From contig CM120640.1 in assembly GCA_051362555.1 (NCBI GenBank), positions 63,838,788-63,902,787 of the forward strand: 64,000 bases of DNA, in the 5' to 3' direction. The position numbers were made by a program, and so were the translations under genes. Source of the DNA: Lingula anatina (lineage: Eukaryota > Animalia > Brachiopoda). Positions 12,801-25,639 of this stretch are shown piece by piece (position 1 is the stretch's first letter; each line of letters begins with the position of its first letter). The notes below the pieces were generated by a model. That model made no database searches and was not told the DNA's origin. It saw only the letters and a list, made by a program, of their open reading frames with translations.

Positions 12801-15800
12801 AGTTTGAATAGCAGCTTCATTGGAATTATATTTACCTCAAGCTCTGCCAAGGAGGTTATATTTTCACCCCTGTTTGTCTGTCATCCACATAACACAAAAA
12901 GTTATGGACTGATTTTGCAGAAATTTTCAGGAACTGTCGGAAGTGGGCCAAAGAGGACAATGATTAATTTTTGGTGGTGGTCCGGATCAATAATCAATCA
13001 ATTATCAATAATAATCAACAATTGCTGCCTTGGCAGAGGTCTGCACTCTCAAAGTGCTTTTCTAGTTTTGTTGTTTTCCTTTATAATTTTTTCTCAAACA
13101 CTTGCATTTGTGACTTTTAGCCCTAGGCAGGCTCTCATCTGCCTGGGGCTCTGCACATTTTCTGTATTTCTACATAAGCAGTTGTATTGTTTTTTATGTC
13201 TTTAAACATTATGTAATATTATTTTATGCACTGTCATCATTCTTCAAATATTGAGACTTTCATAATGTGAATTTGAACTCTCATGGTCCTGAAACTGTAA
13301 TCTTATTGAAGGGGTGGATTGAGACCATCTTCTGGGTCTTCCGGAAGACAGTCAGGTTATTAAGTTTATATTGACTGGTATCTATTTTTTTCTGTTGGAA
13401 GACTATCAAAATGGAGGATGGATCAACATAGATACTTTGTAATACTGTCAGAAAATATCTCTGGGTCCGCTCCTGTTATTGATCATGTTACCTGTTGTGC
13501 AAGATTAAAATTCAGTGTTGACTGACAGTGCTATTATAAGCATTATTTATTATTGCATCAAAATTGACAAAATGACCTTTTTTGCATCTTTATTTTCTGT
13601 TTTTTGTCTGTACATTTGACAGCTTTGCTGCCTTGTTTTAATTTACAGACACAGATGCGTCTGTTCATATAGCCATCACTTGTGTCTGTTATTGCTGCCG
13701 TAGCCACTGCCGCCATGCACTTTTATAGATAACATGATAAGTGGAAAACCGTTTCACCTATTGTCTTCAAACTTAAAGAACTGATGAATATTCATAAAGT
13801 ACAGGTTGAATTCCAAAACATTTTTTTTTTGGTTGTCCAGCATATATGCAATACAGATAACACATTTAGTGGTAACCAGTTTGATCTGTTGTCTTCAAAC
13901 TTAAAAGTGATCAAAAATATAGGTCAAGTTCGAAAACCAGCCTGATTCAATTATTGTACCACCAGCGTAGGCGCTGGCGGTACACATGGTTTTAGTCCCG
14001 ACCCGTATGTTCCGCCGGCTCCTGCGGCTCCTGCGGCTCCGCCGGCTCCTGCGGCTCCGCCGCCAAGTCACCGTTACCGCTTCTCCTCCTAGACGGTAAG
14101 GGCCTCCATACCCATCTCTTGGATTTAGGTCACCTATAATCTCAACTCGTTCCACGTAAAATTTGGGCTTTGTCGGTATTGGGGTCTAGGTGTGGCACTC
14201 ATTGCAATGCACCCTTGTCCAAAAATGGCAAAATTAAATGCTAATTATCTCCCCTACGGAAGGAATTATGGGAAAAAATTCTACAGACAGCTTTCCAAAA
14301 GTCATATGTGTAGATTTCATATATGCCCTTGGATTTGACCTTTGACCTTTATTTCAAGGTCAAACAGGCCAAAATTTTCAAAAAAACAAAATTTTTGCCG
14401 AAAAAAAAATTATTTGCGGCCTTATTCAGATACCACACAGACTTAACTAATAATATTAATGGAAATTGTTACCCTTCGGGTCATCTTTCATCTCCGTGAA
14501 TTTGGGGTCAATCAGTGCATTTTCATGGGAGTAGCGGCCATAAGATATCGAAACTTAAAACTGTCTCTAATTTGGGAACCGTTAATGCTAGACACCCATT
14601 CTTTTTTGCATTTTGTAGAGCATGTAAAGCCCAACACTGGAGGTGGTCTCCGTTTTTTTGTATTCCATACCGTTTTCGAGTTACGCTGTATCAAAAAGTA
14701 CATATTGGTGGTGAAAGCAAAATGTGCAGTACGGTAATGGATAATAAATTTTGAACTCCGGAAAAATAAAACATAAGGCTTGGCAAAGCAGACAACTTGT
14801 GGTCAAAAATGACATTATTTCATCAAATTTGAACATCTGGAACTTCAGAGCACCTCCCATTTCAAGAATTTTGACCAAAATGACCTTTTCTTTATTTTAA
14901 TTAATTTTTTCTGTAGGAAATTTATGGCACATTATGGTAACTCCAAAATTAAAACATTTAGTCCCTTATATCTCCAAAACTGGCAGAGATAAGTCCATAG
15001 TTACTATTGAAGTTGAATAGGAAGTCATATACTGGCAATCTAAATGTGACCTTAAAATTGACCTTTGACCTACTTTTCACCATGAACTGAACTTTGCAAA
15101 TTTTGCTTCCCTTTTATCTCCAAAACTGGCAGAGATAGGTCCATAGTTTCTATTGAACTTGAATAGGAAGTCATATACTGGCAATCTAAATGTGACCTTA
15201 AAATTGACCTTTGACCTACTTTTCACCATGAACTGAACTTTGCAAATTTTGCTTCCCTTTTATCTCCAAAACTGGCAGAGATAGGTCCGTAGTTACTATT
15301 GAAGTTGAATAGGAAGTCATATACTGGCAATCTAATTTTTCTTGAAGTTATGAACTTTTTATTGAAATGTTCATTTTTCACATATTGGCACTTCAATGGT
15401 AATGTTAGAACTCCCATAGGCATGGAGCTGTATGGAAGTTACAATTTCATTTTAAAGCAATATCGCATTAAAATTGCAAAAAAGTATTTTGTGCAGTGCA
15501 TCCACAAATGCTATGAAAAGAAAACTGTTTTACTTTTTATTTGTAACTTACAAGAATGATTCTTAAGATTGACATACAGCTCAAACTGGAAAACTACCTT
15601 GATTTGATTTTTTTCTTGAATTTATAGAATTTTTTTGTGAAATTTTCATTTTTCTCAATGTGGCACCTTTCAGTCTGTGAATTATAACTCTCATGGGCCT
15701 GAAGCCGTATGCTGGTTACATATTCCTAACATCTGTGTTACCAGTTGACTCTGCATAATTAAAATTGGTGTTGATTTTGCTTTTAAGCACAATGTGTTAT

Positions 15801-17472
15801 TGCATCAAAATTGACTAAATAACCTATTTTGTGCATAATTTTCTGTTTTTGTCTGTACATTTGACAGCTTTGTGGCCTTGTTTATTCAGTGCCATAGGCT
15901 GAAGGAGATGCCTCAACAAGCCAGATTAAAAAAAAATATTTGTTTTGGCATCCTCATAAAGCCTTTTCCTCTCCCAAAGTTTATAAGAAATCCCATACAT
16001 TTCCTTAGGTCATTGTCTAGGTGAGTACCACAGGCAGTATAAATAACATGCTTGCATGTATTGTACGCCTTCAGGCATTTCTCTCAGCCTCATGATGTGG
16101 CCTTGGTATTGAAGAGACAGCATTTTTTGAAAATCAAGTTAAAACAATTGACTTTTTTGCCTAATCTAGTAAATAAACATGGTAAAGAAATAATGAAATA
16201 GAAAAAAATTATATTTAAATATGGCAATGGAATTTTTCAATGCTTCATTCACAAAAATACACTGTTTCAGGAATGAATTCTGGTGTGATGTTGATGAACT
16301 TGACCAGAATGAGGAAGTTTCCATGGATAGAACTGGTCACAAAATTTTATGAGGTGTACAAGCTTAATATTACCTGGGGAGATCAAGACCTCATAAATAT
16401 TGTATTCCATTTTCACCCAGGTATAAATATAAATATTTCCAGGGATTTGAAAACAGTTTTATTTAATACCTAGATGTATCTTTTCCCAAGATTTATACAG
16501 TCTAGTAATTTCACTGAATATAATAAGTTTCTTAAATAATTATGATAGAAGTAAATTGTATGTCTTTTGAAATAAAAAAGACTACGTATTAATTCTGTGC
16601 AGAATAGAAGCAATTATTGAAAAGTTTGTTACAGAATTTTTCAAGTTTACATTGACAGGCATCTAATTTTTTCTGTCAGAAAATGGTCAAAAATGGAAGA
16701 TCAATCAACAAAGATAATTTGGAAGACAGTCAGTAAATTATCTCTGGATCTGCCCCTGGGTTACAGAATATTTAAATTTAACTTCTAGCACTTTTTTTCA
16801 ACTTTTCAGACAAACTGTTTGAGTTAACATGTGATTGGAATTACAGACCAGACCACTGCATGTACATGAGCGTGTGCAAAGATGGAGAAAAAGAGGGTAT
16901 TTCTGTTGTCCATGGTAATAGAGGAGTGTATCACAATGACAAACAGCCAGTGTTTAAAGCAGTGTATGAAGCCTTTAAACAGGTATGTTTATTATTACAA
17001 TGTAAATCACATACAATTTATCTTGACTGAATGCTGGTATGTTTTGCATTTATATATATACTGATATAAGGAAATGCATTACATCTATGTTGGTAATATT
17101 ATGTGATTTTTGTTTCTGAGAAATGTGAAGTTTACAGACTATACGACCCACATCTAAACAATGTTAAAAGAGAATCCATGTAATGTTGTGGTATGTTCAC
17201 TTCATATCAGAGTGATGTAATTGATGCTTTACTTCTACACCGCTACACTCTGTCCTTTACAGTTAACCTACTGCATTACCAACACTTATATCAGAATGTT
17301 TTCTATCTGTTTATTTCAGTATAATATTGGAGATGACCTCAGGTCTGGCCTTTTACAGCAAATGAGGGAGAATATTTACAAAGGACCAAAAAGTAACTGT
17401 GGAGATGTCAAACACATTTTCACCAAACAGTTAGAAAAACAAGTAACACTATTTGAAGAGAGAACGAAGTAA
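7233..17472 (+). CDS. GXYLT1: Glucoside xylosyltransferase (GXYLT1/2-like, GT8), copy 1, canonical motifs, ~383 aa
   Basis: Exons 7233-7411, 8341-8509, 9094-9228, 9468-9660, 16271-16420, 16810-16982, 17320-17472; all GT-AG and phase-consistent. N-terminal TM segment, then [31 protein letters not shown] (DxD), [47 protein letters not shown] and HGNRGVYH, all typical of GXYLT. AATAAA at 17673. Confidence 0.93.
8571..8738. mobile_element. MITE with CAGGGGCGGAT TIRs and 5-bp TSD AATGT (hAT5-like)
   Basis: caggggcggat...atccgcccctg flanked by aatgt at 8566-8570 and 8739-8743. Related copies at 13309-13475 and a partial one at ~16636-16758. Confidence 0.8.
12830..13067 (-). mobile_element. Short Helentron-associated (HINE-like) element, family C, nested in B1
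   Basis: ttacct...ctgccaaggaggttat, a (TGTC)-like microsatellite, and the end ccttggcagaggtctgcactct...gtgcttttctagtt. A related inverted copy lies at ~25213-25545. Confidence 0.7.
13309..13475. mobile_element. MITE of the 8571 family, 6-bp flanking duplication TTATTG, nested in B1
   Basis: Colinear with 8571-8738; ttattg at 13303-13308 and 13476-13481. Confidence 0.75.
13641..15884 (-). mobile_element. Helentron-like family B, copy 2, head-to-tail with copy 1 and interrupted by a family A copy
   Basis: Begins tacagacacagatgcgtctgttcatatagccatc immediately after the B1 terminus; ends gtctgtacatttgacagctttgtggccttgttt (~15850-15884). Confidence 0.75.
13951..15334 (-). mobile_element. Helentron-like family A, copy 2 (5'-truncated, inverted)
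   Basis: Reverse complement of the 3' part of copy 1: hairpin gtaccaccagcgtaggcgctggcggtac, (CCGGCTCCTG)-type microsatellite, and 146-bp units at ~15000-15330. Confidence 0.85.
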
Positions 17473-18493
17473 CATTGCTAAATGAAGGAAATATACTGCA
17501 TTTATTTAGTTGTCTTTGCAGGAAGTACAAATGTAGCAGGATGAAATTTTACAAAATGATTTTGTATGTGTAATGGAGGATGACAAGAAATTGTTCTTGA
17601 AATGGTGGTTAGAAGTTTTGTTTTTTTATATTTGAATATATTTTTACATGTACTGCATTCCATTGAAAGTCCAATAAAAGATGACGATTACATAAAGTGA
17701 TTGTTCATATTTTATATGCTGATATAAAAAAACTCGTGATTAAAAAACCTTGCCTTGGAATACTAGACATGGCTTTAAAATTATCAGGAAGCAATAATCA
17801 AGCCTCCTTTAAAAAGGCCTCTCTAACATTCTAACATTCTGAATATTATACTGGTAGACCAAATATATTTCAAATTTACCATTCCTGTCAAGGTCATTCC
17901 GCGAAAAAAATTACATTTGACTTAATTATCATTGTATCGAAATAGCATTTTAGAAAGTACAAAATTCTTTACCTGATATTGAATGATTACAAACTAGGTA
18001 TTTCTTTATCTTTCTGCAGCATGTGATATACCATTGTATATACGTATACCCTTGATCACGAAACCACAAATCTCAGAAATAGTCATTGTTAAATGGGATT
18101 TATTACCTTCTGACTTGATAAACACTGTTTCAAGCACACCTCCTTAAAAAAATAAAATTCAGAAGTCAAAGTTGGTAACCAAAAAATTGAAAAGAAAAGC
18201 TTGTAAAAATGCAAATTACTATACAATTTTTTGAATGTAAACAATGTTACAACAAGGAGAAGTCATACACATGCACACCTTCTTTATAAGAAATGTAGAT
18301 TGTTACTGACTTGTTAAAATATTGTTGAAACAAAAATGTTTGAGGTGTGCTTTGTCATGTTCATTTTGAATGGAGTATGCAATATTCATTTTTATATACA
18401 GATCTAGACCTGCATAAATAGCCATCTGTTTGTTGTTGCCATTGTGTACACTTTTAGAGATAACATGATACTGGTGGGAAACCGTTTAACTTA

Positions 18494-18743
18494 CAGGGCC
18501 GTAGCCTCCGGGGAGGGGGGGGGGGCAGGGGGGGCAGGGGGGGCAACTGCCACCCCCTGGGATTTGAGGTGCAAATATGGCAAAACGGCAAAATGAACCC
18601 ACAATTTTTGACTTCTGATTGAGCAATAAATAACAAATAAAATGCACCAGAATGCAGTATTATATATACAGTTTTTTAAAAATTTTCGCCCCCTCGTGTC
18701 CGCTAACTGCCCCCCCTGGCATTTTGCTAAGGCTACGACCCTG
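18494..18743. mobile_element. MITE, TIR CAGGGCCGTAGCC/GGCTACGACCCTG, 5-bp TSD ACTTA
   Basis: actta at 18489-18493 and 18744-18748; removing the element restores the family B unit sequence. Confidence 0.8.
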
Positions 18744-18771
18744 ACTTATTGATGTCAAACTTATAGAACTG

Positions 18772-19028
18772 GGCCCAGTTTCATCAACACTGGATAATTT
18801 TATCCTATGGATAAAATTATCCTTTGGATGCAGTTGTTATCCTCTGAAAATATAAAATAGCAGCCTTTTTTAACCACTGGAGAGCAATATCAGAGACAAA
18901 AATAAGTATCTAGGGTTTAGTATATATATTACTTTACCCACAGTGTAATTGCCTAGAGGATAACAATTTTGTCAAATGGATAGTGTTATCTAAATAATAT
19001 CGCTATCCAGTGTTGATGAAACTGGGCC
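18772..19028. mobile_element. PIF/Harbinger-like MITE (25-bp TIR GGCCCAGTTTCATCAACACTGGATA, CWG target)
   Basis: Perfect inverted termini flanked by ctg and cag, inserted in the family B motif agaactgatgaata. Confidence 0.8.
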
Positions 19029-19567
19029 CAGATGAATAGTCATAAAATACAGGCTAAGATCAAAAATCAGCTTGATCAAACCATTTCTTCAAAAGTTTTT
19101 TTTCTCAGCAATAAAGATAACACATTAAGTGGAAAAAATGGTTGACCTATTGTCTTCAAACTTGCAGGAGTGATCAATATTACTAAAATACAGGTCAAGT
19201 TGAAAAATTAGCCTGATCTGATAATTTTTTTTATTATAACTATTTTTTGTTTTTTTTTTTAATTTATAAGTACATATTATATTATAATGCAAGGAAAATT
19301 GAAAGGCTTATTGTCTTCACACTTACCAGAGTGATCAATATAAATGTTAATTTAAAAAATCAGACTGATTGGATTGTCTTGATATTATGTGGTATTGATG
19401 TGACTTGAATCCCTTGCATCTTTATTTTCTGCTTTTTGTCTGTACATTAATTTGACAGTTTTGCTGCTTTGTAGTTGCTTTATCCACTTTCCCACTTGCT
19501 TCTGCATGCATGCAGGCCAGGAAACATGCAGGTTATATTCAGCAGTTATAACTTTGCTTATTGCCTA

Positions 19568-20288
19568 ATGCACAAATTTAAGTTGTACTGGTTAAAAATG
19601 GTGTACAGATTCAAGTTATACTGGTTAAAAATGATTTTTAAAATGAGCACTCTTACACTGGCCTTATCTTTTGTCGTATTTTATGTATATATCCACCATC
19701 AGTTAAAAGAAAGTGAGGAAGGAGTGACTGATATCCAGACAGGCAAAGAAGATGTTACACTAGACAAAACGGATCTGATGCAAGAGTTTGCCCAAGAAGA
19801 AGATAATGCTGGGTATGCTTGCTTTCTTTAACATGTCAATTCTCACTAAACATATAAAAAGTATTAGTGTTACATTTCTATATTAGCTTTTCCTATTTTT
19901 TCTGTTTATGTAATTAGCTTTCCCAGGGATGTTCTTTTCCTTAATTTGACCAAGTTATGATTGGCAAACTCCGATGGGGTTCAAGCAGTCATAAGATAAC
20001 TGGAATCGAGATATTTAAACAACTGAAATCAAGTCTTGAATTTTGAAATATTGAAAACATCAATATCACTTCTTCAAGCTTATTTCACTTAGTTTACCAC
20101 TTTTGAATTAATTTACTGCTTAATTGGTTCTTTGGAATCCAAAATACTAGAAGCTAGATAACATGATCCTTCACAGACAACCCGATGTCACCTAACTTTG
20201 GATCTTTTTACCTTGTTTGCTGCCAAAAATGTTTTATTCATTTAAATTCATGTCAAATTGCTTCATGACTTTTTAACCTGCACTTGTA

Positions 20289-20344
<56 letters not shown>

Positions 20345-23300
20345 GGTTTATTCCAGTAATTCAAAACTCAGTAAATACCTTGAAACTGGTAATTAGTAGG
20401 ACCCAGTTTCAGACTCATAATGATTAAAGGCAGAAAACATTTCAAGTCCCTTAAAAATTCCAAATGATGCAACTTTTAGCAGGTGCAATAATAATTTATT
20501 TTCATGTCATTTCGAGCCTCGGTGTTTTGAATATGGGTGCATGACAATAGTCTGAATGTTCATTGGTCTGAACGTTCATGCATCATGCATGTTAAAAACT
20601 AATGAAAATGTTATGATTTTTCATACTAGTGAACCTTAATTTCAGACTATGGAGATGCACATACCAAGATAATCCTACACATGCATGCTTGTATTTCATA
20701 GCATTTTTGGAGTTTTGGAAATTTGATTACTTTCAAACAGCCAGAAAGACAATGGGTGACTGACTGGCACCTACTGTTCATTCATCATATCATACTTCTA
20801 TAACATTATTCCAAATGTGACTAAATGCCTTTACAAGTATTTGACACATGTTATTACTTTGCAAACCAGTTCTTTTGGCTTTCTTGGTGAGCATCCTAGT
20901 TTTGTGTTCAATTTTTCTATTTAGTAGGTTTCAACAAGCCAATTTGAGTGGTAATGAGTATAAATCAACAATATCCTGCAACACAAACAGTAATTATCAT
21001 AGTTTTGCTTTAAAACCAGACCTTAACAATATTCCCATGCATGGTGTCTGTCTCTAAAACCATCTTAAGCAGACAGTAACACACAATCATGAACATATAA
21101 ACACTTTTATGCCATGATAAGCAAGTAAATTTCTCCTGTGATCATCAATTTCTGAAGCTGTAAGTCTTCACCGTCAGCATTTGTAAGCGTACTGGTGCGT
21201 GAGAGCATTTCAATTTCAAACAAAATTAAAGGTGAATTAAAGGTGTATAAAAAGTATCATTTTAATTATTTAGAAACCCTCAAGTACCTGATGTACCAAA
21301 CATGCACCTTGCAGTAGTGGCCTGTGGGGATAGACTTGAGGAGACACTGGTCATGATCAAATCTGCTCTTATTCTCTCCAGAAATGCAATTAAGGTCCAC
21401 ATATTTGCAGAATATGATCTTCATCTAGGTTTCAAGCAACAGGTAATGCTATGTTTACCAGTATAATAAAAAAGTGCCAGTACCAGTACCAGTATAAACA
21501 TGTACCAAGTATATACCACATGCTGTGTAAAAATATTCAGACTGTACGGGTACATGTATAAGCAATAAAGGGGTTTATCAAAGGGCGTGTCTTGCCCCTT
21601 TGCTGTAATACTATAAATACTTTTTGCAAGCCTTTTCAGTCCAGTATAGCTACATGTAAAAGTTGAAAAATGCCAAAACAAAGAACACCTGCTAGGAGGT
21701 TGGTACTCTACCACTCATACAGGACCAGTCTTTTCAGCAGAATGTATTTGAGCAAATTCAGATTTGTCATTCCTCTAGGCCAGTAGACCTATAAGCAGCA
21801 CCTTCATCAGTTTACATAAAAGTGATTTTAGGTGCAAAATTTATTGGTACACAAATTTATAAGTGTTTTTTCTTTACAGTTGGATAAGTGGATGGCAGCT
21901 TCTCAGGGCACATTTACTTACCAGCTTTACCCTATCACATATCCAGAAAATTACAATGTTGAAGAATGGAAGAAGATATTCAAACCATGTGCCACTCAGA
22001 GGTTATTTTTACCAGTAAGACTGCAAATTTGTTTAATTTTAGAAGCTCAGAGCTGCCCTGCGTATTGACCATTTAGGCATGGAAGTGTATGGGGCCATTC
22101 AGAAGGAGAAGATCCGAGTGCTAACTGGTCCACGACCTAAATATGGGGGACCTACGGGATACATGAAAGAAAGACCACTTAATCCTGTAATGGTCTCTCT
22201 GCCTGTTTCATGCCTCCCCCTGCATCGTCCCTGCAGGGGCACAGTAATTAAATCTCGGCTCAATTCAACCGGTCGAGGGACAATGCATGAGGAGTCGTGT
22301 GAGAGGCAGAGAGAATGGCCTCATAGTGGATTATTATTCAATGAGCAACTTGACTTAAAATTTCAATAATAATTATTTTTTAACTCTTGTCATTTTATAA
22401 CCACAATCACTATTCAGAATACATGTACAGGTACTATCTGTTTGATAATCATTTGAAAATATTTGGAATTTTTAGCCGAACACAAAAAATTAATTGTTTG
22501 CAGTATGTCATGAAAGACGTTGATTCTTTGCTGTATGTGGACACAGACATTTTGTTTATGCGACCTTTTGATGACATCTGGAGCTTCTTCAAAGAGTTAA
22601 ACTCCAGCCATATAGCAGCCCTTGCACCTGACTACATGGATGGAGAAGCAAGCTGGTACAAGATAGTTGCTGTGCATCCATACTATGGACGATTGGGTAG
22701 GGTCTTATTTTTAGAATGGGGAAAGTTGCTGTGCAAAATGTTACATCTTTTCCATTATTCCAGTCCACAGGGACTCTCATTTCTATTAGTCATTAATTGT
22801 CTATGTACCTGTACATGAATACCACAGGCAGTGAAAATAACCTGCACGGATGTGGGGTGCATGACAATAGGCCTTATATTCATTGTGCCGAACGTTCACT
22901 ATAGAACCTTCCAACCAATGGAACCTTTTAACTGATGAAAATGTTATGATGTTTTTGGACCAATGAACCTTTGAAGCAATGCATGGACCTTTGGACTATC
23001 TAGATGCACCATATTGTAGGCTTTGAAGCATTTTTCTCAGCCTATGTCCCAACTGGTATTGTATAAACTATATTATTTAATAAATGAAGTCTAAACAGTT
23101 GCACTTTGTTGCCTTATCTAGTAAACAAACATGGTAAACATAAACATGCATGTAGCAACAGTTTATATTTGTGTTTGTGGATGGAATTTTTCAGTGCTTC
23201 AGTGTTAAAATGTTGCTATGTTTCAGGATTGAATTCTGGTGTGATGTTTATGAACTTGACTAGAATGAGAAGGTTTCCATGGATAGAACTGGTCACAAAA

Positions 23301-24342
23301 TTTAATGAGGTGTACAAGCTCAATATTCCTGTGGGAGACCAAGATATCATAAATATTATATTCCATTTTCATCCAGGTACTAAATGAAATGTATACTAGA
23401 TAAATGTTAAGAGAGACTTAAATACATGCACATTTGTGTATAATACATGTACTTTTATTTAGAGATTCTTCTGTCGCCAATATTTATACAGTCTACACAT
23501 TTTACTGAAGATGATAATTGTTTCTTGAAGAATTATGATAAAAGTAACATAAATCTAGAGAAATAAAAGCAAATTAATGAAGCAATTATTGAATACATTG
23601 CAGGGTTACAAAATAAGCATCTTGATTTTTAAAGATGTCTGAATTTTAATTTTAGCACTTTTTTAACTTTGCAGATAAACTATTTGAGTTAACATGTGAT
23701 TGGAATTATAGACCAGATCACTGCAGGTTCATGAGTGTTTGCAAAGTTGGTGAAAGAGAGGGAATTTCTGTGGTCCATGGTAACAGTGGAGTGTATCACA
23801 ATGACAAACAGCCAGTGTTTAAAGCAGTGTATGAAGCCTTTAGGCAGGTATATGTTTATTATTACAATGTAAATCACACACAATTTACAGGGTATCTTGA
23901 CTGAATGCTGGTATGCTTTGTACATACTGATACAAGGAAATGCATTGCACCTATGCAGGTAATATCAAATAATAGGGAAGTTTACAAGCTATATGACATA
24001 CATCTAAACATAATGTTAAAACAGAATCCATGTAATGTTGTAGAATGTTCACTTCATACCAGAGTGATGTTATTGACGTTTCAGTTATTCTACTGTACAC
24101 TTCTACACTCTGCCCTTTATATTTAACCTAATGAATTACCAACACGTATCAGATTATTTTCCATCTGTTTATTTCAGTATAATATTGGAGATGATCCCAG
24201 GACCAGACTTTTACAGCAAATGAGGGAGAATATTGACAAAGGACCCAATAGTAAATGTGGAAATGTCAAACACATATTTATCAAACAGATAGAAAAGCAA
24301 ATAACAGTGTTTGAAGAGAGAACGAAGTTAACTTATTCATAG
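19568..24342 (+). CDS. GXYLT1: Glucoside xylosyltransferase paralog, copy 2, ~409 aa
   Basis: Exons 19568-19812, 21274-21442, 21880-22014, 22504-22696, 23227-23376, 23675-23847, 24178-24342. Internal exon sizes are identical to copy 1, the reading frame is open and DxD is intact. Introns and 3' UTR still align with copy 1. The start could instead be ATG 19598 or 19631. Confidence 0.9.
20292..20341. repeat. (AT)n microsatellite
   Basis: Seen directly. Confidence 0.95.
20535..20660. mobile_element. Short MITE with GGTGCAT...ATGCAC termini; second copy at ~22856-23010
   Basis: gggtgcatgacaatag...gaacgttca...aatgttatgat...gactat...gatgcac occurs in GXYLT copy 2 introns 1 and 4. The intron 4 copy is absent from the aligned copy 1 intron. 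Confidence 0.65.
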
Positions 24343-24739
24343 ATAATTGGAGAAAAAATACTGCACTTTTTAGTTGTATTTGCAGGAGGTTACCTGGTAG
24401 CAGGATGGCATTTCACGGAAAAATCTTGTCCATGTAAGGAATATTGAGGATGAAAAATTGTTCTTGTAACGTCAGTTACAAGCAATGTATTTTAATGTCG
24501 TAGCATATATTTTAATCTCTCACTGTATTCAAATGAAAGTTTAATAAAAATTGATATAAAACACGTACCAATAATGATTATTTATATTGTATATACTTTA
24601 ATGGGTTTCATCTACGGGAAGTCGAAAAAACCTTGCCTGGGAATGTTAAACTTCGCTTAAAAGTCAAAACTATACACGGGACACAGACGAGTCGAAACTA
24701 AGACAAGGTGAACAGAGTCTACAGTTGACCAAAAAATAA

Positions 24740-25010
24740 TAACATACAATCATGTGTAGTGTGACTCAATGAGAAAATGACTGACTGCGACCAAATGAGA
24801 AAATGGACGTGTCTATATGTGACTGACAGCGACGAATGGGAAAATCAGCGTGACCATATGGAATAATCATAACCAGATCAGAAAATCAATATGACCATAG
24901 GGGGAATGAATATCACCAAATGTGAAAATTAATGTGACCATATGAGAATGCCAGACCTACTAAAAATTATAATGTGACCATGTGGGTGAAAGTTATAATG
25001 TGGTCACAGT
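24740..25010. repeat. Degenerate ~25-bp minisatellite (gtgaccaaatgagaaaat-like)
   Basis: About 10 diverged copies of tgacca(a/t)atg(a/g)gaaaat. Confidence 0.6.
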
Positions 25011-25212
25011 GGAATGACTGACCTGTGACCTACCCGTCAGTCGCGGAGAGTTCCAGATTAAAAATTTATCGGCACAAAAAAAAAAAAAAAAAAAAAAAAA
25101 CGCTCCACTCAGTCTTTCCTTAGCATATAGGAAACAAAATTTGACCAAAAAGCCGAACGAAATAAATCCCCCCCCCCCAAAAAAAAAATAAATAATAAAT
25201 ACATAAATAAAT

Positions 25213-25545
25213 AAACCAGAAAAGCACTCCACTTGATTGATTATTGATTGATTGATTATTGATCCAGATCACCACCAAAAACTAATCATCTATTCCTTGG
25301 CCCACTTCTGACGGTTCCTGAAAATTTCATCAAAATCGGTCCATATAACTTAGTTTTTTTATTTTTGATTATTGATTATTGATTCATTGTTGATCCAGAT
25401 CACCACCAAAAACTAAACACTTCTAAGTTAACCCATTTCTGACCTACCCTGAAAATTTCATCGAAATTCATCCATAACTTTTTGAGTTATGTTGATGACA
25501 AACAGACAGAGAAACAAACAAACCACACCAGAAAAACCATAATGA
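25213..25545 (+). mobile_element. HINE-like family C copy
   Basis: Reverse complement of 12830-13067 with a duplicated gatccagatcaccaccaaaaactaa unit and an (ACAG/ACAA)n microsatellite; the 3' hairpin is missing. Confidence 0.65.
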
Positions 25546-25639
25546 AAGATTTCATTTAAAGCACAAGTACATCTGAACCACTCTGTTGCGACTATGGAGG
25601 AGTTTGAGAGCATAAACACAATTTTTGAAGGCAACACTG

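Larger units (their letters stand above)
9716..13640 (-). mobile_element. Non-autonomous Helentron-like element, family B, copy 1 (GXYLT copy 1 intron 4)
   Basis: One end has a T-run, hairpin gtacagacaca-ga-tgtgtctgtac (9724-9747) and (GTCGCC)n. Interior has ~162-bp tandem units (9818, 9979, 10140, 10303, 10465) and ~337-bp units (11008, 11345, 11682, ~12014, ~12347). The other end, tgtctgtacatttgacagctttgctgccttgtt, carries the hairpin-related subterminal repeat. Confidence 0.8.
18388..19473 (-). mobile_element. Helentron-like family B, degenerate copy 3, between GXYLT copies 1 and 2, carrying two nested MITEs
   Basis: Shares 'atagccatc', the 'gataacacattaagtggaaaa...aaacttgcaggagtgatcaatatt' unit and the terminal tgtctgtacatt...tgacagttttgctgctttgt with B1/B2. 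Confidence 0.7.

Noticed and set aside
16627-16770. Apparent 10-bp TSD (gttacagaat) around a truncated MITE, suggesting retroposition
   Set aside because: The left copy overlaps sequence resembling the element's own interior, so microhomology-mediated deletion explains it equally well.
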